DNA of 64,000 bases from an uncultured Actinomycetes bacterium (lineage in GTDB: Bacteria; Actinomycetota; Acidimicrobiia; Spongiisociales; ZC4RG35): NCBI GenBank assembly GCA_963730285.1, contig CAVSQY010000008.1, positions 57,433 through 121,432 on the forward strand, read 5' to 3'. How positions within the stretch are numbered: the first letter of the stretch is position 1; the number at the start of each line of letters is the position of its first letter. Positions 9,048-17,966 of this stretch are shown here, piece after piece. The notes under the pieces were generated by a model. That model searched no databases. It was not told where the DNA came from and saw only the letters and a program-made list of their open reading frames with translations. Both the position numbers and the translations under genes were made by a program.

Positions 9048-9814
9048 CGAATGACTGTCATCGACAGCACGGCGATGAGCATGGTGCAGACAGACACGGC
9101 AAGCCCCCCCGCCCACTGGGACCCGGTGGCGGGCCGATCACCGAATCGGGGCATTCTCCCGTCGTATCCCCGGGCCACCATCGCATGATGCAGTCTCTCC
9201 CCACGCTCGAAAGACCTGATGAAGAGTGATCCGGCCGAGACGGCCATCGGCCCGGCCTGCCAGAACCAACGCGCCTGGTAGCCACGTGCGGCCATCGCAA
9301 CACGGCGACGGGCGAACTCACCCGCCACGATGTCGAGATACCTGACCATGAAGCCAATGATGGCCGTGAGGACCCGCGGGACATGGATCCGATCCAGTCC
9401 CTTGATCAGCTCCGGGATCGGCGTGGTTGCAGCCAGGATCACCGAGGCTCCCACACCCATCGTCGCCTTGCCCACGATGGCCCAGGCGCCCCACAAACCT
9501 TCAACTGAGAGCGAGATGCCAAGGATCACGGTGTCCGGGGCCGGCCCGAAGAAGGGGAGCAACGCAGCAAAGACCAAGATCGGCGTCTCGACGGTCATTC
9601 GCAGCAGCACGGTTCGCGGCCTCAACTCGGCGAGGACCATCACACCGACCATCAGGGCAGCCGCGAGGAAATACGCCCAGATCGCCTCGCGTGGGATGGC
9701 TACCACAGAGAAGACAAACAACAGCAGGCCCACCAGCTTGACCTGGGCCGGCACACGATGCACGGGAGTGTCCCCATGAACGTAGAGGGCGTGGGCGTGA
9801 GCGGTGCCGCTCAG
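9044..9814 (-). CDS. cbiQ: ECF transporter T component (CbiQ/NikQ), probable CTG start
   Basis: FMVRY, AMAARGY, LFIRSFERGER, AMVARGY; in-frame SGTAHAHALYVHGDTPVH extends back to a CTG overlapping the cbiM stop. Confidence 0.9.
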   Translation of the reverse strand: MSGTAHAHALYVHGDTPVHRVPAQVKLVGLLLFVFSVVAIPREAIWAYFLAAALMVGVMVLAELRPRTVLLRMTVETPILVFAALLPFFGPAPDTVILGISLSVEGLWGAWAIVGKATMGVGASVILAATTPIPELIKGLDRIHVPRVLTAIIGFMVRYLDIVAGEFARRRVAMAARGYQARWFWQAGPMAVSAGSLFIRSFERGERLHHAMVARGYDGRMPRFGDRPATGSQWAGGLAVSVCTMLIAVLSMTVIR

Positions 9815-10803
9815 ACCGAGGCCCTGTTTCGTTTGCGCAACATGGCGAAGCCACCAACGATCCCCAGGCCTACCAAAAAGGTGACGCCGATCCCCAGGAG
9901 CCCGCTGACCCTGATGCCCAAATTCTCATCCTGGACACCGCTCACCCTGTAACCCGCCAGGGGTGAAGCGGCCACCGCACCGTCCGTGACGTCTTGGGCA
10001 ATGCCCTGGTCGACCGTGAGGCGCTCCAGACCGTCCGGCTGGCTCGAGGCGAGGGGGGCGACGACCAGGACGAGCACTGCCGCCACGACCAAACCCACAG
10101 TTGCGAATCCCCAGACGCCCGACCTGACCGTACGCGTGTTGGGCGTTGTCATGCCTAGAAGGCCCTCGGTCCCGGCAATGACTCCGGGACGCGCCGCCGC
10201 CACGGCTCCCACGGTTGCCGCCGAGATCAAGCCCTCGCCGAGACCGATCAGGAAGTGCGTCCCAACCATGGCGGTGAAGACAGCACCGATCGGGGCGGCG
10301 CCACGTCCACCTGCGGCGTATTCCACGACAAATGCCAGAGAAGCCGCCACCACCGAGATGAGGCCTGCACTGAATGTCGCCACCATCGCCGAGGTCCAAT
10401 TCTTGGGGAGGACCTGCATCAGACCCCTGAAGACGAGCCAGCCAACAGCACCGGTGACCAGCGCCATGTTGACCACGTTGAGCCCGAGAGCAGTGACCCC
10501 GCCGTCGGCAAAGAGGAGCGCTTGGACCATGAGCACCACCGTCACTGCCAGCGTGCCCAACCAGGGACCCACCAGTATGACCGCCAAGGCTCCCCCCAAC
10601 AGGTGCCCGGAGGTGCCGGCCGCGACTGGGAAGTTCAACATCTGAAGGGCAAAGATGAACGCTGCGACGAGACCGGTCAGAGCAATCCGATGGTCTTGCA
10701 GGTACCGGCCTGCTCGTTTCAGCGAGACACCGACTCCGGCTGCTGCCAATGTCGCCGCACCAACCGAGGTGGGGAGGTCGACGAATCCATCCGGGATGTG
10801 CAC
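9811..10803 (-). CDS. cbiM: ECF substrate component CbiM/NikM fused to PDGLE (NikN-like) domain
   Basis: N-terminus MHIPDGF (GTG start), QMLNFPV..GTSGHLLGG, C-terminal SQPDGLE. Confidence 0.92.
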   Translation of the reverse strand: MHIPDGFVDLPTSVGAATLAAAGVGVSLKRAGRYLQDHRIALTGLVAAFIFALQMLNFPVAAGTSGHLLGGALAVILVGPWLGTLAVTVVLMVQALLFADGGVTALGLNVVNMALVTGAVGWLVFRGLMQVLPKNWTSAMVATFSAGLISVVAASLAFVVEYAAGGRGAAPIGAVFTAMVGTHFLIGLGEGLISAATVGAVAAARPGVIAGTEGLLGMTTPNTRTVRSGVWGFATVGLVVAAVLVLVVAPLASSQPDGLERLTVDQGIAQDVTDGAVAASPLAGYRVSGVQDENLGIRVSGLLGIGVTFLVGLGIVGGFAMLRKRNRASV

Positions 10804-10813
10804 TTCAGCCTTT

Positions 10814-10838
10814 CTGCGATCTAGTCGCAATAAGGTTA
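10814..10838 (-). promoter_or_regulatory. Putative Nur box TTGCGA-N5-TCGCAG just downstream of -10 TAACCT
   Basis: Inverted repeat at 10814-10830 resembles the Streptomyces Nur consensus tTGCaa-N5-ttGCAA; -10 at 10838-10833. Confidence 0.65.
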
Positions 10839-11312
10839 GTGCTCCGACCCCTCGCGGTGCTCGCCCGCGCATCTGGCACATAGACCAGACAATGCAAAGT
10901 GGCTGAGATCCGGGCGGAAACCCGTCGCCAGAGTGATCGCCTCGGCAAATCGGGTGGTCTCGTCCTCAGGGAGCGTCAGCGTGTCCCCGCAGATCCTGCA
11001 GACGAGGTGCTGATGACCGGCATCATCGGCCAGGTGATACACCGATGGGCCATGGCCGAGATGTGAATGGACCAACACCCCTGTCTCTTGAAGGGCATCC
11101 AGCGTCCGATACACCGTCGAGCGATCGACCCTGGTTCCGGCCTGGGCGCGGGCCAACCGATATATGTCGGCAGCGGTCAAATGTCGGTCGTGTGACGCCG
11201 CGACCACCACGCAAACCGCTTGACGTGCCCTGGTGATGCGAAATCCCCTCTCGCTCAGAACCTCTATCAGATCTTGCGCTTCGATGTGCACGGGCCTGAG
11301 AGTACGACTCAT
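10836..11312 (-). CDS. nur: Fur-family metalloregulator, Nur-like
   Basis: STVYRTL, HSHLGHG..YHL, HQHLVCxxC, SHFAL, CxxC; His pattern as in Nur; sits next to the Ni/Co ECF genes. Confidence 0.75.
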   Translation of the reverse strand: MSRTLRPVHIEAQDLIEVLSERGFRITRARQAVCVVVAASHDRHLTAADIYRLARAQAGTRVDRSTVYRTLDALQETGVLVHSHLGHGPSVYHLADDAGHQHLVCRICGDTLTLPEDETTRFAEAITLATGFRPDLSHFALSGLCARCAGEHREGSEH

Positions 11313-11341
11313 CCCCGGCCCGTGGCTACCGTCGTCTTGCT

Positions 11342-12142
11342 TTGGCTCTGGCAGTGGTGACCGGCCCCAATTCCGGTATCGGCAGACAGGTGACTCTCAG
11401 TCTGGCCCGCACGGGATTTCATGTGGTTGGCGCGGGTCGCTCGGAACAGAAGATCGGCAAAGTGATCGACGAGATCACGTCGTCCGGGGGCACCGCCGAA
11501 TACCTCGACCTCGACCTTTCGTCCCTCGACTCGGTTCGGGGCGCTGTCGAGACACTTCTCGGGACCGGTCGGGAAGTGGCCTTGCTGGTCAACAATGCCG
11601 GGGTGGGCGTCAATAGGCGGGGGCTGACCGACGATGGGTTTGAAGTCCATTTCGGGATCAACCACCTCGGCCATTTCGCCCTCACCATGGGTCTGGCCCC
11701 CGCGCTGAGCTCGGGAGCGCGCGTCGTCTCCCTGGCCAGCGCCGTCCACCATCGCGCCGATGGCATCGACTTCGACGGGGTGCGACGACCCACTCGGTTG
11801 ATTGGGCTCCATGAGTACGCCGTGTCGAAACTGGCCAACGTGCTCTTCACCAGGGAGTTGGCGCGAAGAGCCGAGAAATTCACGACATATGCCGTGCACC
11901 CGGGTTTCGTGGACACTCGCCTCATCCCCCGGTGGGTCAAACCTTTCGTCAGAAAGAGCCTGATCACTCCAGCACAGGGTGCGGACACCGTGCTCTGGTG
12001 TGCCACGTCCCCGGAGGTCGCCGGACAGACCGGGCTCTATTACCAGCGACGACACGTGGCCACGCCCTCACCCACGGCGCTCGATGATGATCTCGCCCAC
12101 GAATTGTGGACGAGGTCATCGGCCTGGGTCGACCCCAGTTGA
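11342..12142 (+). CDS. Short-chain dehydrogenase/reductase (retinol dehydrogenase-like)
   Basis: VTGPNSGIG, NNAG, FGINHLGHF, YAVSK, VHPGFVDT. Confidence 0.9.
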   Translation: MALAVVTGPNSGIGRQVTLSLARTGFHVVGAGRSEQKIGKVIDEITSSGGTAEYLDLDLSSLDSVRGAVETLLGTGREVALLVNNAGVGVNRRGLTDDGFEVHFGINHLGHFALTMGLAPALSSGARVVSLASAVHHRADGIDFDGVRRPTRLIGLHEYAVSKLANVLFTRELARRAEKFTTYAVHPGFVDTRLIPRWVKPFVRKSLITPAQGADTVLWCATSPEVAGQTGLYYQRRHVATPSPTALDDDLAHELWTRSSAWVDPS

Positions 12143-12212
12143 TCGACTCCCCCTGACGGCCGTTGGCGGCACAGCGAGACAAAGCGGACGGGCGATCATT
12201 ACCGTCGTTGAT

Positions 12213-13301
12213 GTGCAGGATCGAGAAGGGCTCTACTACGGCGACTATCTCCAGCTGGAGAAGATCCTGGGCGCCCAAGACCTGGAGAGCACGAAGTCCG
12301 GAGCGACGGTCCATGACGAGATGTTGTTCATCATCGTCCACCAGGCCTATGAGTTGTGGTTCAAGCAGATCCTCTGGGAGCTCGACGACCTGATCACCAT
12401 CTTCGGCGAAGACCTGGTGGACGAGGCGATGATGGGGACAGCGGTTGCCCGTCTTCGCCGCATCTCCGCGATCCAGGCTCTCCTGGTGCAACAGATCTCG
12501 GTGTTGGAGACCATGACCGCCCTCGACTTCCTCGATTTTCGCGACCATCTCTTCCCGGCATCGGGGTTCCAATCGGCGCAGTTCCGGATGGTCGAGAACA
12601 AACTCGGGCTGCTTCCGGGCAGCCGGTTGTTTCTGGCGGGCGCTCCGTATACCTCTCGCTTCACCGACGAGGACAAGGCCCTGGTCGAAACGACCGAGCA
12701 CACGGTGTCATTGTTCGACCTGGTGGAGAGATGGCTGGAGAGAACCCCTTTCCTGGATCACGGCGACTTCAGCTTCTGGGAGGAGTTTCAGGAAGCGGTG
12801 AGACAGCGGCTCGAGGCCGACCGGCGGGTGGTGGAGTCGAACCCGAACCTGACGGATGACGAGAAGACCGCCCAGGTCAAGGACTTCGACATCACCATGG
12901 AGCAATATGAGGCGCTCTTCGATCCGGCGAAGCACGCCGAGCAACAGGCGGCGGGCAGACGGCGGCTATCTCACCGCGCAACCCAGGCGGCCTTGTTCAT
13001 CAATCTGTATCGGGACCAGCCGGCCTTGCAGGAGGCATATCGCCTCCTGGACCTGCTGATGGACGTCGACGAGGGATTCACCACGTGGCGATACCGTCAC
13101 GCCCAAATGGCACTCCGGATGATCGGCCGCCGGATCGGGACGGGAGGTTCCGCGGGGGCCAAGTACCTCGAGAAGTCAGCCGAGCGGAGCCGTGTGTTCG
13201 GTGACCTCTTCAATCTGGCCACTTTCCTCATCCCTCGAGCTGACCGGCCGCCACTCCCGGAGAGCATCATGGAATCGATGCGTTTCAGATTCGAGCAATG
13301 A
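12213..13301 (+). CDS. kynA: Tryptophan 2,3-dioxygenase (long form, about 362 aa)
   Basis: YGDYLQL, HDEMLFIIVHQAYELWFKQ, PASGFQSAQFR, WRYRH, RMIG..GTGGSAG; GTG start follows TACCGT. Confidence 0.95.
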   Translation: MQDREGLYYGDYLQLEKILGAQDLESTKSGATVHDEMLFIIVHQAYELWFKQILWELDDLITIFGEDLVDEAMMGTAVARLRRISAIQALLVQQISVLETMTALDFLDFRDHLFPASGFQSAQFRMVENKLGLLPGSRLFLAGAPYTSRFTDEDKALVETTEHTVSLFDLVERWLERTPFLDHGDFSFWEEFQEAVRQRLEADRRVVESNPNLTDDEKTAQVKDFDITMEQYEALFDPAKHAEQQAAGRRRLSHRATQAALFINLYRDQPALQEAYRLLDLLMDVDEGFTTWRYRHAQMALRMIGRRIGTGGSAGAKYLEKSAERSRVFGDLFNLATFLIPRADRPPLPESIMESMRFRFEQ

Positions 13302-14437
13302 GCCTGAAGGGCCACTTCTCCCGGTTCCTCGAGTCGAGCCCGGGTCGTGTTCATTTCGCCGCCCACTCGCATCACCCGTGGCCCGATGTCTCCTTTGAGG
13401 CCCACCAACAAGCCTGGCTCGACGCAGCCCGATACATCGATGACAAATGGGCCCACATCTTTGGGACCGTGATCCCCGAGACGCAGGCTGCGATTTCGGA
13501 CATCCTCGGCCTGTCCGACCCGGCCACCCTCACCTTTGCCCCAAACACGCACGACCTCTTGATGCGCATCTTCTCCTGTCTCGACCCACCGGTTCGGGTA
13601 CTCACCACCGACGCAGAGTTCCACTCCTTCCGACGCCAGTCGTTGCGATGGGAGGAAGCCGGTTTGGCCCTGGTCGACCGTGTCCCGTCCGAGCCGTTCG
13701 ACACGTTCGCAGACCGTTTCACCCGGGAAGCCCGTGCCGGGGCACACGACCTCATCTATCTCAGCCAGGTGTTCTATGACTCTGGCTTTGTCGTGCCCGA
13801 CCTCGACCGCCTGGTCTCATCCGTCCCGGAGAACAGGACATTCGTGGTGCTGGACGGCTATCACGCCTTCATGGCAAAACCCATTTCGCTGGAGGCCATC
13901 CAGGATCGGGTCTTCTTCCTCGCCGGCGGGTATAAGTACGCCATGGCGGGTGAGGGGGTCTGCTTTCTCCATTCGCCTTCGGGGTACGGGGAGCGCCCGG
14001 TGGACACCGGGTGGTATGCCGGGTTCGACCAGCTACAGGAAGGTGTGGGCGCCAGGGTGTCGTACGCCCGGGACGGATCGCGATTCGCCGGGGCAACCTA
14101 TGACCCCTCGGGGGTGTACCGGCTGCGAGCCGTGCTGTCGTGGTGTGCGGACCTGAGGTTGACACCCGAAGAAATCCATCGTCATGCCAGGGACCTGCAG
14201 ACCCAATTCCTCGCAGCCGATGTCGCCCCGGGCGAGCTGATCCCGGGATCGGGTCTGGACCGCGGCAACTTCCTCACATATCGCACCTCACGAGCGGGCC
14301 AGATCTACACCGATCTCCACGAGATGGGCGTCATCATCGATCACCGGGCCGACCGGCTTCGAATCGGCTTCGGCATATATCAGGACGCCGAGGACGTCGG
14401 CCGCCTGATCGAGTCGGTCGAGAAGGCAATTGGCTAG
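13298..14437 (+). CDS. kynU: Kynureninase-like class-V PLP enzyme
   Basis: DGYH, GGYKY (PLP Lys), GW motif, LRIGFG; ATGA-coupled to TDO; atypical HFAAHSHH N-terminus. Confidence 0.75.
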   Translation: MSLKGHFSRFLESSPGRVHFAAHSHHPWPDVSFEAHQQAWLDAARYIDDKWAHIFGTVIPETQAAISDILGLSDPATLTFAPNTHDLLMRIFSCLDPPVRVLTTDAEFHSFRRQSLRWEEAGLALVDRVPSEPFDTFADRFTREARAGAHDLIYLSQVFYDSGFVVPDLDRLVSSVPENRTFVVLDGYHAFMAKPISLEAIQDRVFFLAGGYKYAMAGEGVCFLHSPSGYGERPVDTGWYAGFDQLQEGVGARVSYARDGSRFAGATYDPSGVYRLRAVLSWCADLRLTPEEIHRHARDLQTQFLAADVAPGELIPGSGLDRGNFLTYRTSRAGQIYTDLHEMGVIIDHRADRLRIGFGIYQDAEDVGRLIESVEKAIG

Positions 14438-16255
14438 GTGAAAGGCATGGACGGAGCCCTCAAAGGGGACAATGCGCCCGCCATCAGGGACTATGCGCTG
14501 ATCGGTGACTGTCAGGGTTTGGCGTTGGTCTCTGATTCGGGAGCCATCGATTGGTGTTGTGTCCCGAGACCAGACTCCGGAAGCTGCTTTGGGCGCCTGC
14601 TCGACCATGAAATCGGTGGCACTTTTCGAGTGTCCCCAACGGCAAGCTCGCGGGTCGAACGTAGATACATCGAGGACACCCTCGTCCTCGAGACCACCTT
14701 CCACACTGACACCGGGGTGATCCGATTGATCGATTGCATGGCCCTGGGCTCTGAAAGTGCCGGACCGAGGCTGATTCGAGCCGTCGAAGGTGTCGAGGGT
14801 CGAGTCTCCATCGACGTGCTCATTTCGCCTCGGCTGGAGTACGGCGCCCTCAGACCCTGGATCAGGTCACACGATGGCGGGGTGTTCACAGCCATCGGCG
14901 GGCCAACCGGTCTGGTCTTCTCGGGCTCGATCGATCTGCGTCAAGTCGGTCCTCACGACCTCATGGGGCAGGCGACGCTGACGAAGGGGGACCGTCACAC
15001 CCTCAGCATGACCTACTCGGCGCCGGATCAGATCGTGGAGGATCCGCCGAGTGACCTCTTGGACCAAGGCTGGGAAGAAGTCGAGCGCACCATTGCTTTC
15101 TGGAGCGCCTGGGCTGGATCGTCAGATTCGCAAAGACAGCGATCAGCGGCCATCCGATCGGCCGTGGTGCTGAAGGCGCTCTCATACTCACCCACTGGCG
15201 CGTTTGTCGCGGCTGCCACGACGAGTCTCCCGGAGGCGATGGGAGGTGTGCGCAACTGGGACTACAGGTACAGCTGGGTTCGCGACTCGGCCTTCGCTGC
15301 AAGGGCCCTCCTCCAGCTCGGATTCCGGGATGAGGCAACGCGGTTTCGCGGGTTCGTCGAGCGAAGCGCAGCTGGAAGCGCCGATGACCTCCAACCGATG
15401 TATGGGGTCGGGGGCGAGATCCGCCTGCCTGAGGTGGAACTCGACTTCCTGGATGGCTATCGAGGGTCGAGACCGGTGCGAGTCGGCAACGCTGCCTTCC
15501 CACAGCGCCAGCTGGACCTCTATGGATACTTACTCGACCTGGCTTGGCGCTGGCAGCTTCACGGCGTCACTCCGTCGCAGGCCTACTGGGAGTTCCTCGT
15601 CACCATCGTTGATGCCGCGTGTGAGCGATGGACAAAGCCCGACCGGGGCATATGGGAGGTTCGTGGCGAGCCCCAGCACTTCGTCCATTCCAAGGTCATG
15701 TGCTGGTCAGCCGTCGACTCTGGCCTCAGGTTGGCTGATGAGCTTGGAGTCGTCGCACCCGTGGGGCGCTGGGAGGAGACTCGAGCCGCGATGCAACACA
15801 GTATCGAGTCCCGCGGCTATGACGAGAGTCGAGGCGTGTTCGTCAGGGCCTACGAGAGCGGTGATCTGGACACAGCTCTTCTTCTCCTGCCATGGGTCGG
15901 ATTCGTCGATTTCGATGACGAACGGATGATCCGGACAACGGACGAGATCCAGGTGACACTGGGTCATCGGGGTCTGCTCCGGCGTTACACCGCCGATGAC
16001 GGCATCGACGGCGATGAGGGCACATTTGTGGCGTGCACCTTCTGGCTGGCCGAGTGTTTCGCCCGTCAGGGCAGGCTCGACAAAGCAACAGAGTCATTCG
16101 ACCTCGGCATCAACACCGCAAACGACCTCGGATTGTTCAGCGAGGAATATGACCCGGTCGGAAACGAGATGCTCGGGAACTTTCCCCAGGCCATGAGCCA
16201 CTTCTCGCACATCACTGCCCTTTGCGCCATCGAGGAGGCTCGGGCGCGTCTATAG
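14438..16255 (+). CDS. Glycoside hydrolase family 15 (trehalase/glucoamylase-like)
   Basis: DYALIGD, AAATTSLPE..GG.RNWDYRYSWVRD, GIWEVRG, LGLFSEE, GNFPQA. Confidence 0.92.
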   Translation: MKGMDGALKGDNAPAIRDYALIGDCQGLALVSDSGAIDWCCVPRPDSGSCFGRLLDHEIGGTFRVSPTASSRVERRYIEDTLVLETTFHTDTGVIRLIDCMALGSESAGPRLIRAVEGVEGRVSIDVLISPRLEYGALRPWIRSHDGGVFTAIGGPTGLVFSGSIDLRQVGPHDLMGQATLTKGDRHTLSMTYSAPDQIVEDPPSDLLDQGWEEVERTIAFWSAWAGSSDSQRQRSAAIRSAVVLKALSYSPTGAFVAAATTSLPEAMGGVRNWDYRYSWVRDSAFAARALLQLGFRDEATRFRGFVERSAAGSADDLQPMYGVGGEIRLPEVELDFLDGYRGSRPVRVGNAAFPQRQLDLYGYLLDLAWRWQLHGVTPSQAYWEFLVTIVDAACERWTKPDRGIWEVRGEPQHFVHSKVMCWSAVDSGLRLADELGVVAPVGRWEETRAAMQHSIESRGYDESRGVFVRAYESGDLDTALLLLPWVGFVDFDDERMIRTTDEIQVTLGHRGLLRRYTADDGIDGDEGTFVACTFWLAECFARQGRLDKATESFDLGINTANDLGLFSEEYDPVGNEMLGNFPQAMSHFSHITALCAIEEARARL

Positions 16256-16299
16256 AGGTATCGACGATCCTGAATTCGATGTCACGCCAGGACAAGTGA

Positions 16300-16327
16300 A
16301 ACGACGCCATCCGTCGATGGCGTCGTT
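16300..16327. terminator. 12-bp-stem hairpin between convergent transcription units
   Basis: AACGACGCCATC-cgtc-GATGGCGTCGTT; a second hairpin GGGCCGT/ACGGCCC lies at 16351-16371. Confidence 0.7.
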
Positions 16328-16380
16328 CAGAAAGGATGCAGATTGTCGGCGGGCCGTTTCGAACACGGCCCTATTTCCAG

Positions 16381-16473
16381 TCAGTCTTCTTCGTGGCGGT
16401 TGATCAGCCGCTTGGGCAGCACCGCGAACACGATGAACATTGCGATGAAGGCTCCGATTGCAACTAGTTCCAT
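16381..16473 (-). CDS. 30-aa single-pass membrane peptide MELVAIGAFIAMFIVFAVLPKRLINRHEED
   Basis: RBS GAGGAAAGGA 8 nt before ATG; about 18 hydrophobic residues then a charged tail; 49 bp after amt and followed by hairpins. Confidence 0.7.
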   Translation of the reverse strand: MELVAIGAFIAMFIVFAVLPKRLINRHEED

Positions 16474-16522
16474 TTCTGCTGTCCTTTCCTCTTGGCTTGC
16501 CTTGTCTTGAAATCTGCGGCCA

Positions 16523-17851
16523 TCAGGCGACGTAGCCCGCCTGGGCGAACTCGGTGGCGTCCAAACCGGCGTCCTCGTCGGCGTCGGAGACCCGGAGGCC
16601 GATGCTCCGCTTGATGAGCCCGAAGATGATGAAGGAGACGACTCCGGTCCAGGCCACAACCGCCAGCATCGAAACCAGCTGGGCCACGAAGGTGTCCACA
16701 CCGCCGTCGATCAGACCCGAGACATCCAGGTAGTCGCCATTGGCAAAGATGCCCAGAGCCAGCAGTCCCCACAGGCCGCAGACCCCGTGGCAGGCAATTG
16801 CCCACACCGGATCGTCGACCTTGAGCACCCGCTCGATGAACCCGGCCCCGTAGATGACCAGGGCACCCGCCACACCGCCGATGACCAACGCGGCCCAGTA
16901 GTCGACGAAGGCACACGGGGCGGTTATCCCAACCAAACCCGCGATGACGCCGGAGCATGTGACCGCGATGTCCGCCTTGCCGGTCTTGACCAATTGGATG
17001 TAATACGCAACCACACCGCCGGCGATCCCCGCCAGGAAGGTGTTGACCGCGATCGTGGCGATCCGGGGGTCGTTCCCACTCAATGTGGAACCGGGGTTGA
17101 AACCGAACCACCCGAAGAAGAGCACCATGGTCCCGATGACGATGTAACCCATGTTGTGGCCGGGTATGGAATTCGACCGACCATCAGCCTCGAACTTCCC
17201 TTTCCTGGCACCGACCATCCGAGCCCCCACGAAAGCGGCGACACCGCCAACGGCATGCACCACACCGGATCCGGCGAAGTCCCATGCCCCCATCTCGGAG
17301 AGCCAGCCACCGCCCCAGACCCAGTGCCCGTACACCGGGTAGACGATTGCCGAGATGAGGAACGAATAGGCCATGTAGGCGTCGAGACGGGTCCTCTCGG
17401 CCATGGCGCCCGAGACGATGGTGGCCGCGGTGGCTGCAAAGACCATCTGGAAGAACCAGAGGAGGGCGGTGTCGGTGTCGCCATAACTGCCTGAGAGGAA
17501 GAAGCCTTCAGTCCCAAAGAACTGATTTCCGGTGCCGAACATGATGGCGAAGCCAAAGGCCCAGAATGCCAGTCCACACATCATGAAATCCATCAGGTTC
17601 TTCATGAACACCGAGCCGGCGTTTCGGGATCTGGTGGACCCGGCTTCGAGCAGGGCGAAGCCCGCCTGCATCAGGAAGACCAGGAAGGCCGTGACCAACA
17701 CCCACACGTAGTCGAGCGAGCTGGCCACCGATTCCACAGTCGGCCCCTGTTGGGCCATCGCCAACCCGGTCGGGATCATCCCCACGATCAGAAGCGCCAA
17801 TGAGATCCACAAGCGTCTCTGCCTCAACCACCCTCTGAGAACCAGTGTCAT
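16523..17851 (-). CDS. amtB: Ammonium transporter
   Basis: FLMQAGFALLEAG, FQMVFAAT, SGAMAER, DFAGSGVVH, GWFGFNPGS, VDDP..AIACHG (both pore His present). Confidence 0.96.
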   Translation of the reverse strand: MTLVLRGWLRQRRLWISLALLIVGMIPTGLAMAQQGPTVESVASSLDYVWVLVTAFLVFLMQAGFALLEAGSTRSRNAGSVFMKNLMDFMMCGLAFWAFGFAIMFGTGNQFFGTEGFFLSGSYGDTDTALLWFFQMVFAATAATIVSGAMAERTRLDAYMAYSFLISAIVYPVYGHWVWGGGWLSEMGAWDFAGSGVVHAVGGVAAFVGARMVGARKGKFEADGRSNSIPGHNMGYIVIGTMVLFFGWFGFNPGSTLSGNDPRIATIAVNTFLAGIAGGVVAYYIQLVKTGKADIAVTCSGVIAGLVGITAPCAFVDYWAALVIGGVAGALVIYGAGFIERVLKVDDPVWAIACHGVCGLWGLLALGIFANGDYLDVSGLIDGGVDTFVAQLVSMLAVVAWTGVVSFIIFGLIKRSIGLRVSDADEDAGLDATEFAQAGYVA

Positions 17852-17920
17852 GCCCCTTGCCGCCTCCAGGTCGCTGGAGCCCCGGGACCTCCGGAGCCAA
17901 GGGAAGGTTCCCCGGGCTTT

Positions 17921-17958
17921 GTTTCGTGTTTGTTTCAGCCCGGTTTACGTCGGGTGAA
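17921..17958 (-). promoter_or_regulatory. Tandem GlnR-box-like array
   Basis: TTCAC-n6-TAAAC-n6-GAAAC-n6-GAAAC on the minus strand: four 5-mers at exact 11-bp period, about 70 bp upstream of amt. Confidence 0.75.
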
Positions 17959-17966
17959 CGATCTGG

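Noticed and set aside
10804-10836. Cobalamin riboswitch before cbiM
   Set aside because: The gap is only about 30 bp and is occupied by a Nur-like box.
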